Shown piece by piece: positions 39,301-51,274 of a stretch of 64,000 bases of DNA. A program made the position numbers and the translations under genes. The notes under the pieces are model-generated. The model had not been told where the DNA came from. It did not search any database and saw only the letters and a program-made list of their open reading frames with translations. The number at the start of each line of letters is the position of its first letter. Position 1 is the stretch's first letter. This DNA is from Antedon mediterranea (lineage: Eukaryota; Animalia; Echinodermata): the NCBI RefSeq assembly GCF_964355755.1, contig NC_092679.1, positions 2,324,201 through 2,388,200 on the forward strand. Reading direction: 5' to 3'.

Positions 39301-39690
39301 AGAGGCCCTAGCTAGCTATGCTATATTATTACTACTATAGTTACTATACTACTACTACTAGTACTAGCTAGTAAGTAGGGCAGTTTACAATGTACCTATT
39401 ATATAGAGCCTGGTAGTAGCCTATAATTTCTATGAGTAGGCCTACGTACGACAGTCGGAGTCAGGCCTACCTTTCACTAGGCCTATTCTATTCTATATAC
39501 TACACAAGGTCTTCTAAAGTAACAAAAAAAACAAGGCAGGGTAGGGCCTCCTCTAGTCTATAGTAGTAGGCCTAGCTTTTTGTTTTAAAATAGTGCAGAA
39601 ACCCCAGTTCCGTCGAGTTCTTCTAATTGGTGTTTTATCAGCAGTACGTTTTCTTTTTTTCTTCATAGGATACATAGATGTAAGACTCAT
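36400..39690 (-). CDS. ETAA1: ETAA1-like ATR activator, ~494 aa
   Basis: Exons 39690-39603, 39198-39073, 38870-38809, 38578-38469, 38327-38199, 37989-37157, 36536-36400 (1485 nt, in frame). DIIWDNCSP (ATR-activation motif, cf. DIFWDQNSP), LLGLWM, ELCKLAKMME, acidic WDDLDDNEL, and C-terminal CSQEQIEQKRLLALQRR (RPA32-binding motif). First donor (gtttct) is weak. Confidence 0.8.
36589..37130. repeat. ~174-bp tandem repeat, three copies, in last ETAA1 intron
   Basis: Unit AGTTACAATAAACAATATyTAATGCTGGTTCACTCAAGATCC... starts at ~36589, 36763, 36937. Confidence 0.9.
38015..38275. repeat. ~90-bp tandem triplication of the 3' end of ETAA1 exon 5 and its donor
   Basis: TTTTGTCTCTAGCTACTGGA...TTCCATC.TTTTAAGCCA.CTTA...GCTCAGAC repeated three times. 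Confidence 0.85.
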
Positions 39691-40477
39691 CTGGACGGTT
39701 TTACATGACTAATTTGTTATAAATCACAAAATTCACATTTTTCAATCATCCCGCCATGTTTTTATGAACTTACAAAAAACTATTTCCAAATAAGTTATTT
39801 ATGTTGCATCACTAAAATAAATAAACTTATTTTCTTGCTTCTAAAATTGTATTTAACAATAAAAAATATACATAGTTGATATCGTTATTTTTTTTTATAA
39901 AACTATATTTTATTAATAATCTTAAAACAAAGTGAGTATAACAATTTAATTGCCGACTAAAAATAATGTTGTTTTTTGTGATCGCTGTGTGTGTACTGTG
40001 TAGGGCTAGCGTTTTGTTTAATTTTAAAACGTATATATTGGTGATATTTATTGTTTTACCTAATTTATTCATTTAATAATCTCTCCCTGTTATTCTATTC
40101 AGTTGTTGTAGCATTCCATGATATCTCTTTTTCTAGGCCTATATTATTATTAGAGTAGGGTTAGCCTAGGCCTAGTTAAGTTAGGGACAGCCAGCCAGGC
40201 CGGTCCCTGGTGTTTTGGGCAGGGACGTTTCACCCTAGGACGTTTCGGCCCGAAATAAATACATTTTTGTGATAATAATTATTATGACATTTTGAAAGAT
40301 GGTTAGGCTTAATAATAAATTGGATTGCATTTTTAAAATAAAAATTGAGAATTTCCTAATACAATAGTAATACAACCAAACAATAAGTATTAATACTAGT
40401 AATAGGCCTACTCTAACTAATAATGAGTAGTAAAAATGAGTTGATTATTTGGTTCTCTCGTATGTCCATATTTTCAG
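39691..40477. promoter_or_regulatory. Probable shared divergent promoter region of ETAA1-like and HHAT copy 1
   Basis: Head-to-head start codons ~800 bp apart; YY1-like CCGCCATGTT near 39750-39760; GC-richer patch at 40185-40255. Confidence 0.45.
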
Positions 40478-40493
40478 ATTTATTGAATGAGTC

Positions 40494-43400
40494 ATGGAAT
40501 CCAAACGACGCAAACAAACAACGCAACCTCAAAACAAGAAAACCAATGAACTAACAAGAAATTCAAAGACTGTCCCATCCTCACACGAAGTTGGTAAAAG
40601 AAAAGATGAAATTGCAGTGCTTCCTAGGCTGGAAGTAGGCTTCTATTGTCTGTTCATAGCAGTAATGATGTACATTGTTATGAATGAACTACACCAACAA
40701 TCAAAAGGTATATACAGTGAAAATGTTAACTTTATCTATCGGTGCATTGCCTGTGCATCTGTATTTAAAATACATAAAATAATCTATATTTAAAGAATTG
40801 AATGAATTTCTTTAAAACAAAATTTAACATAACATTTATTTTTGTTTAGCCTACTTCTTTAACTTGAAGAGATACAATTTTGAAGATGGTTGGTCAATTC
40901 TTGGCATATTAAAAAAAGTAGGTATAAATTTGTACTGTAATATAGGAACATGACCTATCATTCATTTTTACATGAGTGATGAGTACTATGACTAAATTTC
41001 CAGAAACATGTAATTTGTAATAACTCTTTAAATGGACCCACACACAAAAACATTAAAGATATAGTGTCCACTCTAAAAAAAAAAGATTTTTTACCTCCAC
41101 CAAGGAGGTATATGTAATCGATCGCGTGTGTTTGTTTGTCTGTTTGTTTGTTTGTTAGCAGGATTACTCAAAAAGTAAAATACAAGAAGAAGATTCAAAT
41201 TCACTTGTTTGATTTTCGCGTTGCTGTTCTATTGTTAGTCAACTGAAGCTATTTGTTAATTGAAAGGCTTGTTACATACCATTACTCCAAACTCGCATAC
41301 ACATGCTTGTAGTGAAATTAGCCAAAATCACAAACAGCATTAAGACACACACAAATATATATTTTTTCCCAGAGAAATTTTATGTAGGAGAATTTTACAG
41401 TAGGTAGAGGTATGCACTCTCAGCATTCTAGTTTTAAATGTTTTTGTTGAATATGCCATATTTTAATGTCACGAAACACTGGACTCTGGAACTGTGCCAT
41501 AACAGGTGTGAAAGAATCTCCGTGTGAAAGACCCTTTAACCAGGCTGACTTTCATGGTTGCTTGCAGTTATAATGCTAGGTGAAAGTGCTGTTTATTGGC
41601 ATTTTATATTCCTTTTAATCTGAAGGATATTTTAAAATCTGACACCGTATTGTTCTTCTTGCAGGATAGTTCTGATAAAGAGTGGAAGCATTTCATAAGT
41701 CTGTTTAATCCAGTCAACATGCTCGGTATTGCTGGTTATGTTGTACTATCTCACATCATGCAGCAGAATCTTCCTCAGGTAATACACATTCACATAGTCA
41801 CGATTCTTCAAAAAATAAATTGTTTAAAAAATAATGCATATTACTTTAGAAACATTAAAACAGGTCATTCCGTGTTATAAATGTACATTTATGGTTAATT
41901 ATGATAAAAAGAGAGAATTAATGCACTACCTAAGTAACCTAATATCAGTCTGCGCGCAATGTATTCAGGTATTTATAGCGGGCGGCTGAAATGATTAGAA
42001 TCGACTTATTTTTCACACGTTTAACGGTTTAGAGACAACAAAAAATATCGTATTTCTATATAAAAAGTAGTGTTTGAGCTTAAATTAGGTGGAATAAATG
42101 TAGGTCTAGTGTCTATAAATTGTTTTCACTTTTTCAGCATAAACAATGGAGTCTATTTGTATACAGTATAGTATGCTATCTTGTTGCCCTTAGCCTACCA
42201 ACTCTGCTTCTTATATGTGCACATGTCATCGCCATGTTCATCTTGGCAAAAACGCAGAGCGTGTATGTCATATGGGCTGGCGTCATCTTCCAGATTTCAA
42301 CATTGAATTATACATTTTTGATGTCTCCCATTGTAAGTATTGCGTCTGATTTGTCGTTTTTCTTTAAAGCTCTGTCTACTCTATAAACTAGTTTGACAAA
42401 AAAAGCTTGATGTGCCCAAATATGGTAGTGATATGCCCAAATATAATAGTGATATATGATGACATCATGTCCAAATTGGCTGAACTTGATTAGTTTTAAC
42501 TATTTTTTAGCCCTTCCTTTGATATAATTATTATTATTTGTATGTTACAATGTTTATAATTTATATTTATGGGTAAAAAAATGAAAATATAGGCACATTT
42601 TTGTCACATAAAGTTTGGTAGTGTAGGACAGAGCTTTTGGAGAATTATGTTGGTCTTTAAAAAAAAGTAATGGATGGGAAAAGCAGACCAATCGGAACCT
42701 TGTAAAATTTTCTATTTTTATTTTTTTCAGCTAAAGTACTTCAAAAGTGATGACTACTACATCATGGTTATTATTGTTGCCATGGCAAGTGTACGCAGTA
42801 TGAGTTTTGGACTTGAATATTGTAAGGAGTCTGCTCAAGCCAATCAGAAATACTCTTTCTTCAATTATCTTGTCTATTTGTTCTACTTACCAACATTTAT
42901 AACTGGTCCACTGATGTCGTATGAACAATTTTATCAGCAGGTACTAAATATAAATTTTGTTGTGTTTTTTGTAATATTACATCAACAACACCCAGGTCCA
43001 AGACCTGTCAAGTTGTTGGAGTTGTGGCTTAGTGTTTATGATGCTTGGCTACAAATCCCAGGGGCCTGGGTTCGAGTCCTGTCAGTGTAAGGATTTTTCT
43101 AATGACAAATTACAACTCCACTCCCAATAACTTTGTTTATGTAGAGCATCTTGTTTATATGTTTGTCTTGTGAATGGGATTGCCACCTTTAAGAAGGATA
43201 GTGAATGAATTCGCTTACGGTTATCCTTGGCAATTTGCCTTAATATATAAACAAAACAAACTACAATTGTCCTCTCCCTCGTTCCATTTACACGTCTTAT
43301 AATAGAAGTTGAATAGTGGCACTGTAGGATGGTCGTAAACATGTTTCCCTCCAATTTCACAGGCATAGGTTCAGTTAAATTTCATAGCAAAGAGCCCTAT

Positions 43401-46067
43401 TGAAACAAGCTCTTGAGTTTATAGGATTATCCTCATGCTCTCATCCTGTCATTTATATATATTTGTAATATTGTATGTGATGAATGAGCAACAAATAAAA
43501 AACAAACAAACAAGGCATATATTCAAGTCTCTATTCTTTTTCAGTACATTTCATCACCAGTGATCCACAGATACAGCAATATTTTAAAAGAGTTCTTCTA
43601 CTATATATTTTGGGCAGTATTTCTAGAACTGATTCTCCATTTTTTATACTTTTCTGCATTTCATAATGAACGATCTGTTTTAATGTCAATTTCACCGATG
43701 GCAGTTGGTAAGTATGAAACTCTTAGCTCTGTCTACACTATCAAACTAATTTGATAAAAAAAGTGTGATGTGCCTAAATATGGTAATGATATATGCCCAA
43801 ATATTGTAGTGATAATGCCATCATCATGTCCATCCTGTATATGGGCACATCACATTTGTTTGTCACATAAAGTTTGATAGTGTAGACAGAGCTTTACAAT
43901 TACACACATGTACTGTTTCTATTTACTGTAACACCATGTAAAAGAATTTATTTAGTTGCTAACTAATAAATAATAATAATATGTCATTCTTATATAGCGC
44001 TTCATGCAGATAACCTCTAAGCGCTTCACATTATTACCCCCGGTTATTTTTTGATCACACATGAATGGAAACGTACTCCCATAATGCAGTCTTAGTACAG
44101 TTGTGTTTTGACCTTACCAGGTACCCATTTGTGCACCTGGGTGGAGAGAGGCAAACGTAAGTTAAACTCTGTCTACACTATGAAACTTGTTTGACAAAAA
44201 AGTGTGTTGTTCCCAAATATGGTAGTGATATGCCCAAATATGATAGTGATATGACATCATGATGTCTATATACTGTATGTCTTGCCTAAGGATAGCTACT
44301 AACTCATATCTCCTTTTCATAAATAGGTGCATCAGCTTTGTGTCATCTGTACTTCTTTCAAATCAAGTATGTTGTAATTTACGGCCTTTCAAGAACTCTA
44401 GCTCTAGTTGACGGCGTTGAAGCACCCAAGCCGCCTAACTGTATAATGGCTATGTATCAATATAGCGATATGTGGAGGTAAATATTGTATTTATGCTTAG
44501 TTTTTTGGAGGAAGTGTAGAGGATTTATATAGGTAGGTAAAACAACTACAACAACAAATAGTCTAGGACCTGGGTAAGATATGTGCATTTAATTTAGGAG
44601 AGAATCCTGTTTGCAATCTGAAAATTAAAGGCTCAATTTCTGTGACGTAATCAGTCAGTTTATCATTTACCAAACCTCCAGTAGGATAACAATTTGTTTC
44701 TTTTAAAATATGTATTTTAGGTTTTAATAACTTATGCATAGTTGATTTTTTTTTCAGGTATTTTGATAGAGGACTTCATCATATACTTATGAAGTAAGAA
44801 AATATTTTAACACCTTTTTCACAAATCTGTTTTTTTTTCTTCAAGTTCTAACTTCCAATCTCATAACAAAGTTGCTACAATCTATTTCTTTTTTTAATTA
44901 GGTACATTTATTTTCCGTTTGGTGGTTCAAAACATGGTATCATACGTCAATTACTTGGTGCGTTTGTGTGTTTTCTATATGTGTGTTATTGGCATGGCTT
45001 CAACCGTAATTACTGCTATTGGGCGTTCTTTAATTGGATGGGCATAGTCTTTGAATCTGTTGTCATTATAGTTACGTCAACTGAGTCTTTTAATAACTTT
45101 ATGGTAAGAATAAATTAATTTAATATTCTTTTTTTCATAATATTACCATTTATGAATGAGCGAATATGTTCCCACCCCCTAATTTAGGCTAAAGAGTGAA
45201 AAGTATTTGATAATATATAAATTTACTGTTTATACAATCCTGATATAAAATAATTTTGTATCAGGCCCCCTCAGTCACATACAGTACCTGATTGTTTTGG
45301 GGTACTGCATATCTTTCCTGAAGAGATAAATAAAACATTGGAAAAACTAAACCTTTTTTGTTTTTGTAGGTATAATCCCATCTTCACCAAATTTTGAATC
45401 AGGCCCCTTGGTCACATATTGATATCTAATTTTGTTGATCTTTCTTTCAAATAGAAATAGAGAAAAATAAAACATTTGAAAATAAACTTTTCTTATTTTT
45501 GTAGAACTCTTTGTTTTCTCGTGCAATGCAGCGTCGCTTGAGTGCTTTTTGCTGGACGCCAATCTACGTTTGTCTAAGTTTATCAAACATTGTGTTTCTA
45601 GCAGGAACAAGGACTACTTATATCTATTTTGAGAGGCTTATATTAAGTGGTTAGTTTATTATTTATTTGTAATAAGTTACCCTTTTTTTTCTCTATCTTT
45701 GTAAAATATGGTTTGCACGGAAATCAAAATGTTGATATAAAGTTTGTGGTACACCACATGTGTATAGTTCTATAAAGACGTTTAGATCAATATATTTTGA
45801 TCATCATGTTTGTACCAAGCTGCAGCAGGGCTTAAGCTTATCACCATATTTGGGCATATTGTATTACTACCATATTTAGGCATATTGTATCACTACCATA
45901 TTTGGGCATATCACACTTTTTATATTATTTGTTTGCTTTTTTCAGATTTTCCTCGTAACTGCTGCTTTATGTGGCTTTTGTACTACATGACGATACAGCT
46001 CATTAAAGAATGCCACTTACAATTTGGCAAAAAGTATCTTTGTGAGAAAAACTACAGGATCGCATGA
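40494..46067 (+). CDS. HHAT: Hedgehog acyltransferase-like MBOAT, copy 1, ~539 aa, complete
   Basis: Exons 40494-40707, 40850-40917, 41665-41778, 42138-42332, 42731-42940, 43545-43707, 44327-44477, 44758-44793, 44902-45103, 45505-45649, 45946-46067 (1620 nt). Motifs LPRLE, YLFYLPTFITGP, MWRYFDRGLH, YIYFPFGGS, YWHG (catalytic His), WAFFNW. Confidence 0.88.
41087..41433 (+). mobile_element. HINE/DINE-1-like Helentron MITE
   Basis: TTACCTCCACCAAGGAGGT 5' hairpin, (GTTT)n microsatellite, 3' GGTAGAGGTATGCACTCT...CTAGTT end; inserted in a Kolobok-like remnant. Confidence 0.7.
43015..43250 (+). mobile_element. tRNA-derived SINE; 5'-truncated copy at ~55650-55800
   Basis: TGGCTTAGTG / GGTTCGAGTCC boxes; shared ACAACTCCACTCCCAA...GGTTATCCTTGGCAATTT. 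Confidence 0.65.
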
Positions 46068-48360
46068 CTTAAATTTCATTGATTCAGAATATAAGTTTTA
46101 TTAAGTAAGAAAGTAATATTTTACTACAAATAAAAGTAATACCTGATGTGGAATGTTGTGCTGGAATGAAGTTGTGCTTGTATTCCAATCTCAAGATTCG
46201 AGTTCAATCCTGACCTAGTGCCAGGGTTGAAACTCACGACTATTTCAACTCCACTCCCTAAGCATCAAGACTTACATTTATAAGCATGATAAATTTAGTT
46301 TATCCATCCTGTAATTGGTGAAAAAGAAGAATACTACTCGGATCCACTCCATGTGCTTTTTGTGAACCAGTAATTAAGTAACTAATTTGATACATTCCAA
46401 TATATTGTTTTTATACATAGTACAGTAATATTATAAATGTATGTACTTAAGTATGATGCTATAATAAATGTACTGTACTGTAATTTGAAAATTTTTAATA
46501 TAATTAGGAACAATTTAGTTTTGAAATAAAATATTTGTTCATCTATATTTTATAGAATATTAATTAATGAATATGTATTTTGTTTAAGTGATGTTCACAG
46601 TTTTATAATAAAAAATGTGTCCAATTATAAACGCAATATAACTAATAATGATACCATGGTATTTGATCACACTCATTGTAATTGAATCTATCAAGATTAT
46701 TTTGCAATATGAGCAGCTTTAGAGCAACTTTACAATTCTGGAAGCATCATGATTAAAAAGCGATAAAATAATAATATTAGGAGTTGTCATGGTTACAGCA
46801 GGCTTCCAATTTTCATACTATAATACCACAAGCTTGATTTCTTAATGTAAGTTTATCATGCGGAAACACGCAATGACGCAACACATGTGCATACGTAATA
46901 GGTAATTTGACCAATCACAAGGCATGGCGCAAACATTTAAAACATATTTTGTGCATTATGCTATTTTAAAGAAAATTCAGTGATGGGTTTATAGGCAATT
47001 GGACTCTATGCACAATGCATATTGTTTTAAATTTGCTGGAAATTAAGTACAGGAATATAATTATGATATATTGTCCCCCATTTTTGTTGCATTTGGTTTT
47101 TTTTTAAGTCAACCATCCCCCCATTTGTTTGGAAGTCAATGTGTTTTTTTATGTTAATTGTAACCTTTTTTATTATATAACCGAAATCATGTTTTACTTA
47201 TTAATATTATTTTTATAGCTTTATAAAAAAAATAAAAAATGGCCTATTCAAAGTTTGATTTCATTTTTGTTTTTCATGTTTTGAGGAACAATAATACATT
47301 TTATTTATAAAAGACAACGTAATATTTAAAGTAGAGTACCTACCACCAAACTTTAATAATAAAAGTACGAATTATACTTGGCGTTGAGGGCGCAAATAAC
47401 ATTTCCTTTGCATATCATCAACAAAAAGCAGCCGATGTTGTCTGATGAAAGAAAAGTCCATACATCATTCAAATAACATTTATTTACTTACTTTGCAGGA
47501 AGATGCGTTCGTGGTAATAATAAAATCATAAAAACGGTAATTTTTTATCATAATCATTCATATAAATTAACCGGGTGTGAGGAAACACAAATTGTCTGTC
47601 TCTAGGCCCAGCACATTCACAACCGAGTCTTGAGAACGGTGCCACCACCATCTTAAGATTGAGTTTCGTTAGCAGTAAATCATTTTAAAGCATGGGTCAC
47701 GGTGTGGGTGTTATGCGCGATTTGAACGATTTGCGCAATTTGAAATTGCGCAAAAAAATCCTTGCGCAATTTGAAATTGCGCAAAGAATTCTTGCGCAAT
47801 TTAAAATTGCGCAAGGATTCTTTTGCGCAATTTCAAATTGCGCAATCAACTTGCGCAATTTCAAATTGCGCAAGAAAATCTTTGCGCAATTTTAAATTGC
47901 GCTGCACAATTTGTAAATTGCGCAAGATAGTTCTTGCGCAATATGACACCTTTGCGCAATTTGAAAACGAACTGTAAATAGTTCAAGATAGTTCTAGGCC
48001 TAGGCAGAGGAGTTTAAAATTTAGTATTTTATTATAAATAAATAAGACCATTTCAATGAAGATAATGTTTAATATTCACTTTTTAAGTTTTTACTCGGGG
48101 TACCCGAGTCTAGTACTTACTCATTTTCTCCTTCTCTTCCTCCATCTGGACACTATTGAGTAAAAAGTGCGATTTTTAAAGTACTACTCCTCCCTTATTC
48201 GTTATAGTATTGAGCTGGGATTTGGCATGAACATACTACAGGGACATGTCCTCAAAGCTATAGAGCCGGATTTTTAATTTTTTGTTAATTAATTTGTTTA
48301 ATTAAGAAGCCACAATGTGTGACACACACCACAGCGTTATGTAGTTATATGGTTATATGC

Positions 48361-48432
48361 GGATTCTTGGCGTAGTGGTTATCACGTTTGCTTAACACGC
48401 AGAAGGTACCTGGTTCGAGCCCGGACGAAACC
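48361..48432 (+). pseudogene. tRNA-Val(AAC)-like copy, degenerate acceptor stem
   Basis: GGATTCTTGGCGTAGTGGTTATCACGTTTGCTT-AAC-ACGCAGAAGGTACCTGGTTCGAGCCCGGACGAAACC followed by a T-run; A and B boxes present, stem mismatches. Confidence 0.7.
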
Positions 48433-48646
48433 TTTTTTTTTTTAAATTTATGGTGAAAAGTACTGTATACGCAATATGATAATTATACAGAGTATATCTT
48501 ATTTTTATTATTTTTTAAAATACTTATTTTGTGTAATCGGTAATTATCACTTTTACACACGTTTATTTTGCTTTGTGCTTATTACCATTTATTTGTAATT
48601 TAAATGGATTAAAAAACTTTCTGTAACCCACATTTTTAATGTAAGA

Positions 48647-48718
48647 GGTTTCGTAGTGTAGTGGTTGTCAAGTCTGCTTAACACGCAGAAGGTCCCGGTT
48701 CGAGCCCTGGCGAAACCT
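48647..48718 (+). tRNA. tRNA-Val(AAC)-like copy, possibly pseudogene
   Basis: Perfect acceptor stem GGTTTCG/CGAAACC and anticodon stem TCTGC-TT AAC AC-GCAGA; D- and T-stem mismatches; short T-run downstream. Confidence 0.6.
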
Positions 48719-49402
48719 ATTTTCTTTACTTTCTAACTGTATACGTCTGTATACAGCTTCTTTCGCTGTACCCCGAGTATTGCACATTCGTGCTTGTTAA
48801 TATTAGTTTAAGCTAGGCCATGTAACCTAGTCAGTATCAGTAGTCCAGACCCTAGCTAGGCTAGAGTAGTATAGCCGGCCGCCCGCGCCGCGCCCGCCTG
48901 GTGGAACACCACCGCTTCGTTTTCCTTCGTCGGTTCTTCGACGGTATGCTAACTTATAACAATATTTGCACTACTAAAATAAGGAAATGCGATATTTATC
49001 TTTAATTTTGAATCATTCTTAGAAATTACTATAAAAATATGGGTGTGCATGATTTCACAATCTGTCGAAAAACCTTGCGCAATTTGCAGATTACTTGCGC
49101 AATTTAATACGTTGCTTGCGCAATTTGAAACACATGTTTCAATTCAAATTGCGCAAGGATTTTTTTTGCGCAATTTCAAATTGCGCAAATCGTTCAAATC
49201 GCGCATAACATAGGCATCAGAAGTTATTCAAATAAATGAATTTTTACAAATTAACAATCGTTTAAATAATCAGGTAGGAATTTTGCATAAACAAATGACT
49301 CAAAACATATTTTTAGCTCAATGTGAATACAAAATATATGAGATAGAATTTAGAACTTCAAACTGGGGAAGGAGGTGGAGTTGATGACTGAATTAGTGTT
49401 AC

Positions 49403-51089
49403 TGTTATGCGCGATTTGAACGATTTGCGCAATTTAAAATTGTGCAAAGAATTCCTTGCGCAATTTGAATTGAAACATCTGTTTCAAATTGCGCAAGCAA
49501 CGTATTAAATTGCGCAAGTAATCTGCAAATTGCGCAAGGTTTTTTTCGACAGATTGTGAAATCATGCACACCCATATTTTTATAGTAATTTCTAAGAATG
49601 ATTCAAAATTAAAGATAATATCGCATTTCCTTATTTTTTGTAGTAGTGAAAATATTGTTATTGTTAGCATACCGTCGAAGACCCGACAAAGGACCACAAA
49701 GGTGGTGTTCCCGGCGGGCACGTGCACGGCGGGCGGCTAATACTACTCTAGCCTACTACTACCAAAGAATATATATCACAAGAATGAGTATTCCGCGATT
49801 TTTGCATGAGAAATTTGTAACAGAGAGCTCCAGTGAGTGATGCCCGCCCTCATAAGGGCGGATGTATACATACTAAATAAGACTTGATTTAATAGATATT
49901 ATACATGTCACATTAAATAGAATTATGATAATAGTTTTTGCAATTGTAAACTATTTTATAATACATATTTATTAACAAACTAGTGTACATTCACTTTTAC
50001 AGACAATTATTTACTAACATGCTAAGTTAGTTCACAAAAAAGGCCTAACACAGCAACACCAAAATCAACGAATCGTTACTCAGCACGGCCTATTCTTTAC
50101 CATTGCCGTGTACTACTCTACGCCCGGTAAATTAAGTATTGTTTTTATGATATAAATTAGTATAAAATACATGTTATTAATAGGACAAAATGTTAAATGT
50201 CATTAACATTTATTTGTTTTACCAGAAACAAGTTAAATATAGGAATATTATTAAACTATCCTTCGTGAAAACGCGTAAACAGCAACACGCCCGGTCATGC
50301 TATCGTAGCGCCCGGTTGATAAAGCAAACTGTTTATACGGCAGTTTTTACTAAATAAATTGCATAAAACGAACAATTAAATATCCAAATAGTATTTAACA
50401 TGATGTTGGCATGTAGTTGATAACATTTTTTATCATGAAAATACTACCGGTGGTCCAGCCTTTGATTAGTGAAACCGTTACAAAAAGTTGTATACATCCC
50501 AGATACATCCACACTTATGGCGGCGCCCTACCACATGGACAATATTACTGTTACAGGGAAAATCGCGGATTACTCATTCTTGTGATATATATTCTTTGCT
50601 ACTAATGGCTATGTTTTGATAGCAAGTCTAAACGTTGTTGGCGGTAGACTATGTTATGTATTACTACATTAATTTATTTTATTTTTACATTTATTTTGAT
50701 TTATTTTAAGTTACAATGAGTGATAATATTATTTAATTGTGTATGCCATTTATGTTGTGTATTATACACATGTTATCTTCGCATTTATTATGTTTCATTT
50801 TGAGTTATTAGTTTCGAATAAATTATTATTATTGTTAACCGATCGTCGACGTTAGCACGCATTCTGGTAGAAATCTGCTGCGCAATTTGACAATTTTACA
50901 AATTGTGCAGCGCAATTTGAAATTGCCCAAGGATTTTCTTGCGCAATTTGATATTGCGCAATTTAATATTGCGCAAAGAATTCTTGCGCAATTTGAAATT
51001 GCGCAAGAATTCTTTGCGCAATTTCAAATTGCGCAAGAAATTTTTTGCGCAATTTCAAATTGCGCAAATCGTTCAAATCGCGCATAACA
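49403..51089. mobile_element. Same Ginger-like family, copy 2, inverted relative to copy 1
   Basis: Same TIRs, perfect 4-bp TSD TTAC (49399-49402 / 51090-51093); 49403-49760 is the reverse complement of ~48860-49210. Confidence 0.8.
49763..50598. mobile_element. MITE nested in Ginger-like copy 2
   Basis: ~40-bp TIR CAAAGAATATATATCACAAGAATGAGTAwTCCGCGATTTT, 4-bp TSD CTAC; interior homologous to 23750-24403. Confidence 0.75.
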
Positions 51090-51274
51090 TTACTACCGTT
51101 TCAAGAAACTGCCCTATTAAAATGAAACGCTGGTATAAACAATAGTTAAGCTATGCCTTTTCAGATCAGACGACTGTTTCGTCTGTCGCATGCATCCTGG
51201 CCGTGCCCCTGGATTTAAAATTATTTTTATTTTTGTGTAACTAACTTGTCATATTCCTTCACAGATTTTTTGCA

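Larger units (their letters stand above)
48088..48798 (+). mobile_element. HINE/DINE-1-like non-autonomous Helentron nested in Ginger-like copy 1, containing both tRNA-Val copies
   Basis: Sub-terminal inverted repeats TACTCGGGGTAC (48092) / GTACCCCGAGTA (48768), 5' short inverted repeat, 3' hairpin GCAC-ATTC-GTGC then TTGTT, T-rich ends. Confidence 0.6.
47709..49210. mobile_element. Non-autonomous TIR element with TGT...ACA ends (Ginger-like), copy 1
   Basis: TIR TGTTATGCGCGATTTGAACGATTTGCGCAATTTGAAATTGCGCAA, subterminal TTGCGCAA arrays, near-TSD TGGG/TAGG. Confidence 0.75.

Noticed and set aside
47692-47977. LRNLKLRK/FAQF repeat ORFs (also 50887-51145)
   Set aside because: Translations of TTGCGCAA subterminal arrays
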